A stretch of 64,000 nt of DNA from Selaginella moellendorffii (Eukaryota; Plantae; Lycopodiophyta). Location of the stretch: positions 652,086 to 716,085 of the forward strand of contig NW_003314325.1 in NCBI RefSeq assembly GCF_000143415.4, given 5' to 3'. The notes below the pieces were generated by a model. That model ran no database searches. It saw only the letters and a list, made by a program, of their open reading frames with translations, and was not told the origin of the DNA. Made by a program: the position numbers and the translations under genes. Every line of letters starts with the position of its first letter. The stretch's first letter is position 1. Below are positions 53,547 to 64,000 of the stretch, piece after piece.

Positions 53547-53598
53547 GTAAAGATGCATGTATTCCTATAAATGAATTGATCTTGAGTTCCTTAAGCAG
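53547..53598 (+). other. Predicted spliceosomal intron 2 in integrase (52 nt)
   Basis: AG|GTAAAG...TTAAGCAG|G; removal restores RKLTQRFAGPYEI. Confidence 0.85.
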
Positions 53599-54297
53599 GT
53601 TCGCGGGGCCTTACGAGATTGAGGCACGAACCGGTAAAGTGGCTTATCGTCTCCGACTTCCTCGAGAGATGGGGAAGATGCACCCAGTGTTCCACGTGAA
53701 CTTACTCAAGCCGTACTTTGAGGATCCGCTTCGCAAGGACCAAGTGAGACCTTTACCTGAGGTTATCCAAGGGGAAGAGGAATACGAAGTCGAGGCCATC
53801 CTCAATGCGCGCAAGAGCAAGCGACAAGGACGCGAGGTGAGAGAGTTCCATGTGAAGTGGAAAGGATTTCCACACTGCGAAGCAATATGGGAACCGGAGG
53901 AGAACCTAGCGAATGCGTGAGATCTAGTGGAAGAATTTCTGCAAGGTAAAACTCTATGTACTTATGCAAAGTTCAATTAAAATATCAATTTGCAAAGTTG
54001 AGCAAGTGGCATATGTTGGGACCCGAAGGCGCGCCAAAGGTAAGCTAATTAGCATGGGTTGGATAGGTCGACCAGGCGTAGGGCACTATGCCCGACTCCC
54101 CACAGGGATGTCGAATCTGTAGACGTATTCTACGGAGGTTGGGTTCGAGTCCCAACCCCCTAGTAAAGCAAGGCTGGGTTCAAGTCCCGACCCCATACTA
54201 GGGCGTGGTGAGGTGAGGAGTATAGGGACACTTATATTCCGTTGTCATGGGCTCTTGGCCAGGGAGGCTAACTTAGGCACACCGCTAAGTGGGGGGA

Positions 54298-55435
54298 TGT
54301 AGCGCACGTGGTTTTGACCCTTTATCCTATGGTGATTTACCATAGGATAACATCACGAAGCAGAACCTAAACCCTCTTTGTGCCATGTGACAGATGCCAC
54401 GTGTCCATGCCACGTGTCCATAGGAACCCGAGGTTCAGGGCCTTGGGCCACTGAACGAAGGAACGGTGTCAAACTCCCAAGCATGACGCCAAAGAGTGAT
54501 GGAACCGAACCACGGAGCAACTCCCGAGCATACAGCCCAAGGAGCGAAGGGACAGGGGCCCGGAGCGACTTGGAACAATCCTAGAGCAGCCAGCATCCCA
54601 ATGCCAGGACCAGCATGCAAAACGGAGCCAAACAGAGTCTTGCGCTATTTCGGCATACCGGTGGCCTAACGCGAGGACATGGGTACTCCACCAGCTAGCA
54701 TGGAATGGAACTTGGGCTTACACCCAAGCCAGACGCAGAACAAGGACAGGCACGCAAGCGGGAGCTAGACTATGCCTCAGGTTGGTCGGCCATGCCCGAC
54801 CTACCCACTATCCCTACTATACATTTGGAACCCCCCATAGCCCCCCCCCCCCCCCCTTGAGGAACACACGCTTTGGGCTTTCACCCTAAACCTCCCTTAG
54901 TATCAGGAGTTAGTCTCTGGGACAAGCTCGAAACTTACTAAATATGGAATGTCCTTAGATTGCGAATTTGGACACGGGATGAACACCATTGTGTTCAGGC
55001 CGACCTCTACATTCCGTAGATATGCCAAATGAGCGAATCTAGACACTTTCCATAAATAGCATTTGGGACCGAAATGAGACTAACACAAAGGGCATGATAG
55101 CGAGGGTGTTTGGCAGACACGGTAAGCTATCATGTAGCGATATTGAGGGACCAATCTCAATACGCGAGGGTTCTTGTCAAGCCAATGCAAGACAGAGCAA
55201 AAGAGAACTAAAAAGCCAGGCTAAGTATGCTTGGCTGAATAGACACTTAGGAATTCCGTCCTTATGCTCATCCGGCCAAGTACAGATGCTAAGTCCAGTT
55301 TACTAACACTTGAACAAGAGGGGCTGATAAAGGGTCCAGCAATACCGACCTCCTGCCATCGTGGCAGTAAGGAAAGAGTGTCCGTAAGGACTGGTCGACA
55401 AGTAACTTTCGATACCCGAAGTCACATTCGCGACA
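54298..55435 (-). repeat. Family A solo LTR inside the 3' UTR of the inner family C copy
   Basis: Full TG..CA LTR; TSD GGGGA at 54293-54297 and 55436-55440; the empty site is seen in the outer copy near 46815-46830. Confidence 0.95.
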
Positions 55436-55525
55436 GGGGATGCCCCCGGAGACATGGTCAACAAGTCGTAGGATGAAAAGAGACGTTCGATGTGGGCATC
55501 GAACTTCTTCTATGGGTGGTGGAGT

Positions 55526-56686
55526 TGTAAGGAACCGACTCCCCGAGATGTCGTAGGCTAAAGGATCCCCAAAAGCTTGACCGAAATGACAAAGAGTTCA
55601 TCGGATGGGACCAAGTCGAGGATCGAGTCCAAGACTGACTCTAGGACCGAGTTCGAGATAGAGTCCGGAATCGAGTCCGAGACTGACTCGGGGACCGAGT
55701 TCGAGTCCGAGTTCGAGACCGAGTTCGAGATGGAGTCCGAGATCCGAAATCGGGTCCGAGACCGAGTCCAAGGTCGAGTCCGAGGTCGGGTCCGAGATCG
55801 GGTCCGAGATCGAGTCCGAGGTCGAGTCCGAGACCGAATCCGAAGTCGGATCCAAAATCGGGTCCGAGATCGAGCCAAAGACTAAGTCCAAATACTAATA
55901 CGGGTCAAGGGGTGAAAGCCCAAAGCGTGCGTCTCCCAGGGTGGGGGGGGGCTGCAGGGGGTTCCAAAAGTATAGTAGGGATAGTGAGGTCCAGGAACCA
56001 GTCTTGAAGGAACTCTCCAGTGGTGCTTCCAAACTGACTTGAGGTTGAGACTGGGGCCGAGGCGCCTTGGGTGGGAGTGAGCATGGGCTTGGGTGGTGCC
56101 GGAGGGGCCACCTAGGGAAGTGCTCAAGAGCAGCTCCCACTCCCGAAAGGGAAACCGACTGCGGTGCTCCCGGCTCAAGTGGAGTGGTGCCCCACTTGAG
56201 TACCTTGCGGCTCATTGGTCCACGCCCTTCTTAGGGGCTTGGGCCTTCCCTTCGGGATGGAAGTGGGGGGGTAGAGGTACCCATACCGGGCCATTAGGCC
56301 ACGGTGTTTCGCCCCGACGTCCCGAAGCAAGTGCTGCACCCAAGGCTTGGGATTTAGAGGGTCCCATGATCAAGTCTTGTGGTACCAAGGAGTGTTAGGA
56401 ATCTGGAGGCTTGGTGTGCTTGGCTGCTTGTGCCTGCGGGGAGTGTAGCCGAACCTTAAGTCCAGTCTAACCCGGGGAGGGGGATTGGGAGAGATTTGGG
56501 AATCCGTAGATGGATGGCTAACACTCCGTTGCTCATGCAGTGAGTAGTTGAAACCAAGTAGGACCAAGTAGGAGCTGGTACCATAGGCGAGAACCTTGGC
56601 GAAGGAACTTAGCACAAGCCAAGGCAGAGTTGGACGGATAGTCGAGGTAAGCTGGCAAATTGGAAAGGAAAAATTAGTGGCTTACA
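55526..56686 (+). repeat. 3' LTR of the inner family C copy
   Basis: Matches 48001-49157. Confidence 0.95.
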
Positions 56687-56725
56687 AAGTGTTAATGCCA
56701 CCAAACTTGACTTAATACCCTATAC

Positions 56726-59400
56726 CTGTCTGTGGGTGATAGGCTATGCTGAATTTCAACTTGGTGCGATACTGTTCCAGGAGAGTCTTCTAGAACCTGC
56801 TAGTGAAGATCTTATCTCGATCTGAGATGCTCTCTTCTGGCCTTCCCCGCACTCGAACCACTTGTTCGAAGAACAGCTTCGCCACACCTTCTGCATCCAC
56901 TTCCATTATGGTGGGTATGAAATGTGCCATTTTCGAAAATCGGTCCACCACCACAAATATCGCATCAAACCCCTCGCTTGGGGGAAGTCCCGTGATGAAG
57001 TCCATCGTAAGACATTTCCACAGACGATCTGGAATTGGGATGCTTTGCAACAAACCCCCACTAGCCTTAGTCACGGCTTTGACCTGCTGACATGTTGGAC
57101 ATGTCTTTACATAGTCTTGGACGTCCTTAGCCATATCTGGCCAATGGTACTTCCTCTTGAGTAAGCCCATCATCTTGGGCACTCTGCTGTGTCCCGCAAA
57201 AGGTCCGTCATGACACTCTTCTAAGGCTACCTTCCTTAATTCCCCTTCTAGAACATACACCCTCGTTTGCTTGTAATAGATGAGTCCGTTGCGTTCCGCA
57301 TAGCCCGTTTTCTCTTCTGTTGGCAACTCACCTCTCTGGTGAGCTTCCCATGCCTCTAGATTCCTCAGAAACACTTCTTGTGTTAAACCATCATTCTCAT
57401 ATGCTGTCTGCACATCGTCCCAAAAGGTTGCTGTTGTGCTGGATATCGCCAACCTCAAGCTTGCTTTTCGACTTAGCGCATCTGCCACAATGTTGCTCTT
57501 CCCAGACTTGTACAGAATCTCGCAATCAAACTCGACCAAGGCATTGGCCCACCGACCTTGTTTCCCTCTCAGGTCGGGCTGTGACAAGAAGTGTTTCGTT
57601 GCCATATTGTCCGTGTAAACCTTGAAGTGTCTCCCAAGGTAGTGTCGCCACTCCTTGAGCGCCTTGACCACCGCAAACAATTCCTTCTCGTGGGCAGGCC
57701 ACTTCCATTGAGCCTTGTCCAACTTCTTCGAGAAGAATGCTACTGGATGGTTGTCTTGCTTCAAAACTACACCCAACGCAAAATCCGAAGCATCCGTTTC
57801 TACCTCAAAGTCCTTACCAAAGTCTGGTAATGCCAACACGGGAGCCTTCCTCAACTTCCCTTTGAGGTGGACGAATGCCGCCTCGCATTCCGCTGTCCAT
57901 ACCATCTTCCTTTTTCCTGTTTGGTCCGTTAAGGGCTACTCTCGAATAGTGTCTGATAAACTTTCGGTAGTAGTTGCATAGCCCCAAGAATGCCCTCAAC
58001 TCATGTACATTCGATGGTCGTTCCCATTCCTGGATCACTTGGACCTTCTCCGGGTCCACCTTGAGCCCATCCTGGCCCACCACATGCCCGAGAAACTTTA
58101 CCTCTTGTTGAGCACAGTCACATTTGCTCTCTTTAGCATACAGTTTGTGTTCCCTTAGTTTCTCAAACACCTTCACCAAGTGTTCGGCATGCTCCTCTAG
58201 CGTCTCGCTATAGATCAGGATGTCATCGATATAGACGACCACGAAATGATCCAGATAGGGTACAAAGATGTGGTTCATCAACGCCGAAAACATTGTCGGC
58301 GCATTGCATAGCCCAAAGGGCATCACCAGAAACTCAAAGCTCCCATACCTCATTCGACAGGTTGTCTTTTCGATATCTTCCTCGGCTACCCTGATCTGGT
58401 AGTATCCTGACCTTAGGTCAATCCTCGAGAAGTATTTTGCCTTTCCCAACCTATCGAACAGGTCCTCAATTCTTGGCAAAGGGTACTTGTTCTTCTTTGT
58501 ATACTTGTTGAGCAACCGGTAGTCTATGCACAAGCACATAGAACCATATTTCTTTTTCACAAATAATACTGGTGCCCCATACGGCAACTTGCTCAACCTA
58601 ACATACCCTTTGTCTACCAACTCCTCTAGTTGGCACTTGAGCTCCTTGAGTTCTTTTTCGTTTAAACGATAGGGGGGACGAACCACCGCCTCGGCACCCT
58701 CGACCAGCTCAATCTTATGTTCTATCGGTCATGCAGGGGGCAACCCCACCGGTAGCTCCTCCGGCATGGTATCCTGGAATTGGTCCAACACCCACTGGAT
58801 CACTAAAGGTGCTTCTTCCGTTCCTATATATTTGTCACTCTTCACCAAGAGTAAGCACAAAAAGGCTGCTTTAGTTCCTTTAGTGAGTTGTCCTCTCATG
58901 GACACCAGGTTTAAGCAGGAATCTTTGGCCTTGCTTTGCCCTACCTTTAGATCCTGGACCTCCACCCTAGATCTTCTTCCTTGGGCATTCGCCAGTACCA
59001 TAAGGTTCCTACCTTGTCCATGCAAGGCTACCACGAACCAATTGAACCAATCCATTCCGAAGATCACGTCAAATCCCGCCATGTCCAACACGGTGAAATC
59101 CATGTCTACTTTCCATGTCCCTACTTCGACTCTCGCTTGTGGAAGTACCTCATCGGTGCTTTGGCTACCTTGAACAAACTCTATAGTCCTTGGTTCGCCT
59201 AGCCGCTGCACCGTTAGTTCGGCTTGCTGGACTATGTCTGCAGCCACAAAATTATCCGAAGCACCCGTGTCAATAAGGATCTTAACAAAGCTACCTCCGA
59301 GCTTCCCTCGAAGGGCTAATAGATGTCGTGAAGGACTCTCTACCAAAGTTGCTCATGTAATGAGTAACTTTGAGTTAAGGACTGGATCACATACCTCAGT
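56726..59400 (-). pseudogene. pol: pol of the outer copy: protease, RT, RNase H, integrase N-terminal part (frameshifted)
   Basis: [43 protein letters not shown]. Confidence 0.92.
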
Positions 59401-60594
59401 TTAGACTTCACCCGACTTGATGGCCATATTGGCTCTGGCCTTCTTCGGGTAGGGACATTCCCTTGAAAAGTGTCCCGCTTCACCGCAGTTGTAGCATACG
59501 TTGTTTCCCACGCTGCTATACAACTTGACCTTCTTATCCGTGGGTTTGTCTCTTTTCGCTTGACTCCCCCACGTACTCGCTCGCTGGCCACCGGATTTGC
59601 CTTTCCGGAACCCCGAGGACTCATTCTTAGAGAAACTCTTCTTGAATTTCCCCTTGCTATACATTCCCCTTGGTTTGGCCCCTTTGCTAAATGTGGATCC
59701 CAACCCCGTCGTGTTCCCCTTTCGCAGGTTATCGTTGAAACGCACCTTGATGGCCGCATCCAACGCTTCCTTGTAATTGGTCGGGTTCCAGCGCATCACC
59801 TCACCGTGAGCCTAGGTTTGCAAACCTGATATGAAGGCATGGAACGCATCCATATCCCCCATGTCTGTGACAAGTATCCTCTTTGCCATGAACCCATTCA
59901 CATATTCCTGGATGGTTCCTGTCTGTTTCAGCCTACTCAGTTCATCCCTCAGATGCAGAGTGGCATTCGGAGGAACATATGTTGCGCGGATCCTCGCCTT
60001 CATCATGTCCCAAGTGACCACCGGTCCTTCGTTGGCCTCCGTTGTTCTCCACCAAGACTTGGCATTATCTACCAAGTATGGTTTTGCACATGGGACCTTC
60101 TCCGAGCTCGGTACTCGCAACGCTCGAAAGTAGTCCTCCATATCGTAAAACCAATCCTCCACCACCTTATAGTCATTCACTCCCTTGAAAACCGGTGGGG
60201 GCTTTGGTTTGTACTTGGGAACTGCTTGAGGGACTGATTCTACTTCGGTCTGTTCGACCTTGTTTGGTTCTGCCTCCGTCCCTGCCGAAGGGTCCGCACC
60301 TTCTGCGCTGCCAGCATCCGCAGTCTTTCTCTTTTTCTTCCGCTTCTCATCACACTTTAGTTTGCATACGAGGGTCTCCAGCAGGGCATTGGTCTGTGCC
60401 AACTGTCCTTCTAGCACGTCCAATCGAGCCTTGAACTACCGAACCTCGCCACCGGACTCCTGTTTGGAAGTTTCCTCACTAGAGTCCTCCTCATGCAAGG
60501 ATTCCTCATCCATAGCCTCTCGTTCAACCGGAGGCTCCAGCTCTGGAGGAGGTTCCGTCTCTGCCTTGGTTCGCTTCCGCCCTACCTTTGCCAT
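59401..60594 (-). pseudogene. gag: gag of the outer copy (premature stops)
   Basis: Retrotransposon gag motif LKQTGTIQEYVNGF and CCHC knuckle CYNCGEAGHFSREC. Confidence 0.9.
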
Positions 60595-60653
60595 CTCCCA
60601 ACAATCCACCTCTATCCTTCACTAGAACTGAGGAAAAGGCTCCGATACCAAAT

Positions 60654-61809
60654 TGTAAGCCACAAATTTTTCCTTGCCAATTTGCCAGCTTACCTCGTCT
60701 ATCTGACCAACACCTCCTTGGCTTGTGCTAAGTTCCCTTGCCAAGGTTCTCGCCTCTTGTACCAGCTCCTACTTGGTCCTACTTGGTTTCAGCTACTCAC
60801 TGCACGAGCAACGGAGTGTTAGCCATCCATCTACGGATTACCAAATCTCTCCTAATCCCCCTCCCCGGGTTAAACTGGACTTAAGGTTTGGCTACACTCC
60901 CCGCAGGCACAAGCAGCCAAGCACACCAAGCCTCCAGGTTCCTAACACCCCTTGGTACAACAAGACTTGATCATGGGACCCTCTAAATCCCAAGCCTTGG
61001 GTGCAGCACTTGCTTCGGGACGTCGGGGCGAAACACCGTGGCTTAACGGCCCAGTATGGGTACCTCTACCCCCCACTTCCATCCCGAAGGGAAGGCCCAA
61101 GCCCCTAGGAAGGGCGAGGACCAATGAGCTACAAGGTACTCAAATGGGGCACCACTCCACATGAGCCAGGAGCACCGCAGTCGGTTTCCCTTTCAGGAGT
61201 GGGAGCTGCTCTTGAACACATCCCTGGGTGGCCCCTCTGGCACCACCCAAGCCCATGCTCACTCCCACCCAAGGCCCCTCGGCCCCAGTCTCAACCTCAA
61301 GCTAGTTTGGAAGCACTGCTGGAGAGTTCCTTCAAGACTGGTTCCTGGACCTCACTATCCCTACTATACTTTTGGAACCCCCTGCAGCCCCCCCCCCCCC
61401 CCCCCCCCTGGGAGACGCACGCTTTGGGCTTTCACCCCTTGACCCGTATTAGTACTCGAACTTAGTCTCTGGCTCGATCTCAGACTCGATCTCGGATCCG
61501 ACTTCGGATTCGGTCTCAGACTCGATCTCGGACTCGATCTCGGACCCGATCTCGGACTCGGCCTCGAACTCGACCTCGGACTCGGTCTTGGACCCGATTT
61601 CGGATCTCGGACTCCGTCTCGAGCTCAGTCTCGAACTCGGTCTCTGAGTCGGTCTTGGACTCGATTCCGGACTCTATCTCGAACTCGGTCTTAGAGTCGG
61701 TCTTGGACTCGATCTTAGACTTGGTTCCATCCAATGAACTCTTTATCATTTTGGTCATGCTTTCGGGGCTCCTTTAGCCTACGACACCTCGGCGAGTTGG
61801 TTCCTTACA
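60654..61809 (-). repeat. 5' LTR of the outer family C copy
   Basis: TG..CA ends, adjacent to the PBS. Confidence 0.93.
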
Positions 61810-62301
61810 CATGGGACTTAGTGGTCGAGCTTGTGGGCCTTGATTCAATAGTAGTGTTGGCAAACATGGCCATGGACAGAAAAAGGACTTGGTGGGAACC
61901 GAAAAAGGGATATTAGAGAAGGCTAATCCCCATGTCTATGGGCATCTTAAAGATATTGAGGAGTGGATCTAGGATGATCACTTGTGGATGGATGTCCCAT
62001 TCCTTGAGAGATGGGATACTAATATAGGTGGTGTTAGACCACTAGTGTGACCAAGGTGAATGGGCATGGCCTTAACGTAATAGGTTAATATGTCGGTGGT
62101 ACCTTAGGGTGTCAGTCATGGGATCGGACATGTGGAGCACTTGAACCAAGTGCAATGGTTAAGTGGCATGGATGCCATTCTTGGGGTTAGTAACTCCCTA
62201 AGTCCAAAATAAGACTTACGGAAGTTGTGAGTGAGACTCCTCTAAGTGGTCAAAGGTGTAGTTAAGTGACCAAAGTAGAATGGAAAATTTAGTCGTTTAC
62301 T

Positions 62302-62565
62302 CCCCTTTGAGGAACACACACTTTAGGCTTTCACCCCAAGTCTCCCTTAGTATCAGGAGTTAGTCTCTGGGACAAGCTTGAAACTTACTAAATATGGAAT
62401 GGCGCTAAATTGCAAATTTGGACACGGGACGAACACCATTGTGTTCAAGCTAATCTCTACATTCCATAAATATGCCAAATGAGCGAATCTAGACACTTTT
62501 CATAAATAACATTTTGGACCGAAATGAGACTAACACAAAAGGCATGATAGCGAGGGCGTTTGGCA
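62302..62565 (-). repeat. Family A LTR, right part (truncated)
   Basis: Homologous to ~16895-17157. Confidence 0.85.
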
Positions 62566-62970
62566 AGCTCATGGCTGCTTGGAGGAGGCTAAATGTTTGT
62601 TTGAGAGGCACGTGGTGGCTTGGAACTCCATGCTTGGCACATATGCCTCGAATGGGCATTTGGACGAGGCACTAGATTCCTTCCTAAAGATGGCTCACAA
62701 TGATCCATATGCTCACCTCTAGAAACCATCTTGAAAATGCAAAGTTTATTTATGATCGAATGCTTTACAAGAGCAAGATGGCGCGCACAGTGCTCCTCTC
62801 GGCCTATCTCTGGAATTGGCCACCTCCAAGAAGCGATGAGCCTCTTCTGGGCACCAAACTCAAGTTTCCAAGAGGAGTCCCTTGTGAGCAAAAGCTGGCA
62901 CCATTGCCATCCAGACGATTGCATTGCGCTCCTTGCTCATGAGAGAATGCCAGAGCAAGACTTAGTCTCA
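62566..62970 (+). pseudogene. PLS-class PPR gene fragments
   Basis: Reads AHGCLEEAKCLFERHVVAWNSMLGTYASNGHLDEALDSFLKM, then HLENAKFIYDRM and ERMPEQDLVS in broken frames. Confidence 0.7.
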
Positions 62971-63019
62971 CACACACAATGTTAAGAGTTAAATTCCAAG
63001 ACTGATGTAAAACACTTAC

Positions 63020-63103
63020 CGAGGTGACAACACATGACTCGCCCCAGTATCGAGATAGGACTTCACGTTCCCCAAGTTCATACCACCATGGATCTGCAAG
63101 CCA
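63020..63103 (-). pseudogene. HISN3: Isolated exon fragment of a HisA/His6-type ProFAR isomerase (plant HISN3)
   Basis: GLQIHGGMNLGNVKSYLDTGASHV(I)VTS, cf. GLQVGGGIN..NA.SY...GASHVIVTS. Bounded by AG and GTAAGT, with a 1-bp deletion. Confidence 0.65.
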
Positions 63104-64000
63104 CTTGAAATGTAGCAGAAAACAGCGCTTCTCAACATCTGGAAATTGTATACGCTTCCAGTGCCACGAGCGCTGCCTTCAGGGTCAATGAACGTGTCCT
63201 CCGACTCGAAATTCACAACCAGTGAAGACTGTGACAAATCCAGCAGAGTAGACCCGGCCAGCAAGATCATCCATTTCTTGACCACTTTATTTTCTCGAGT
63301 CAAGCTTAACTTCAAAGAACAAAAAATGGCCTAGCCGTGTAAAGGAAGGCTAAGATCCACAGAAAAAACGTCATGGAAAACACACAGAGAGTTATACTAT
63401 TGAGCACTGTAGTTTGCTGATGGATTGCCATGGTCATCGCTGGTGTGGACACAGAAACTATCGAGATTTTGGAGAAAGAACTAAACAAAACTGCAGCAGC
63501 AAAAGCCGCAGCGATGACCAGGCATGAGAGGAGCGATGCAAGCACAAGCTTTCGAGTAGGAGCCACAATTTCTGGAGAGCCAAGAGAAAAGAGAATAGAT
63601 TGAGCAAACAAAGGGGGCAATCTCCCATATATAAAGATCCAAGAGCACGAACTCACACAAAAGCTCGCACAAACTTTTACTCCAGTGGCAGTAGTAGCAC
63701 CTTAACGTTGATAACCATGGTTTCACCACCATGGTTGGAATGATCTACAATGAAACACACGTTCTCAATGCTCAAGTCAGAATAGATATCAGCGAAAGAT
63801 GAACATCTTGAGGCGAGTTTAGATTGGAGCTAAAGGAAATTTGGAGCTGTTGGATTCTTTCTCAGCCGGCAAACTTCCGCCTTCAGTGACTCAAATCCGC
63901 TTTACATCCATGCTGGAGGTCAGAACCAAAGCTACTGAACTCTCTCTGCGTTCCAGAATATGCAATCGAACAAATCTTCAGTTATGTCAAGGTTCGTTCC

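Larger units (their letters stand above)
50411..53980 (+). pseudogene. pol: pol of the inner copy (PR-RT-RH-IN-chromodomain) with two small introns in integrase and a few disablements
   Basis: DTGAS (~50540), YIDD, DASD, HHCC finger, D,D,E core, GPY motif and chromodomain; introns at 53083-53128 and 53547-53598. Confidence 0.92.
48001..56686 (+). mobile_element. Family C gypsy chromovirus, inner copy, inserted antisense into intron 1 of the outer copy
   Basis: LTRs 48001-49157 and 55526-56686, PBS TGGTATCGGAGC at 49161-49172, PPT ending 55525, TSD AAGTG at 47996-48000 and 56687-56691. Confidence 0.95.
45781..61809 (-). mobile_element. Family C gypsy chromovirus, outer copy
   Basis: 5' LTR 60654-61809, iMet PBS (rc of TGGTATCGGAGC) at 60639-60650, PPT next to the 3' LTR 45781-46732, TSD CATGG at 45776-45780 and 61810-61814. 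Confidence 0.95.
44534..62301 (+). mobile_element. Family B LTR-like repeat (~1.7 kb; 44534-45780 plus 61815-62301), split by the family C nest
   Basis: The sequence joins across the CATGG TSD and matches the uninterrupted copy near 38125-38160. Confidence 0.75.

Noticed and set aside
54120-54200. tRNA gene
   Set aside because: Only T-arm-like hairpins; no acceptor stem, D-arm and anticodon arrangement could be built.
63312-63732. Hydrophobic ORFs as a membrane protein gene
   Set aside because: No family motif could be recognised with confidence; broken frames.

Overview
Eukaryotic, almost entirely transposon-derived plant DNA with no intact host gene. PLS-type PPR fragments, a HISN3 exon fragment and very short (45-52 nt) GT-AG introns suggest a Selaginella-like lycophyte (inference). 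Contents: (1) several copies and solo LTRs of a non-coding LARD-like LTR family ('A'), one complete with a 5-bp TSD (16345-23572); (2) a 6.1-kb DNA transposon (2294-8382; 24-bp perfect TIRs, TTAT TSD) with a Sola-like DDD transposase, a divergent FCP1/NIF-type HAD phosphatase gene and repeated TGGCATG-N6-CATGCCA palindromes; (3) two decayed MULE-like SWIM transposases and a Merlin/ISXO2 relic; (4) a tandemly duplicated, apparently self-priming Tf1/sushi-like gypsy fragment; (5) a multi-level nest at 41.9-62.6 kb holding two full-length copies of a chromovirus family ('C'). The most striking observation is that the integrase of family C is split by two small spliceosomal-type introns present in both copies, one just before the catalytic glutamate. 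Two 100-N assembly gaps are present. Family names were assigned by motif recognition only; no database search was run.
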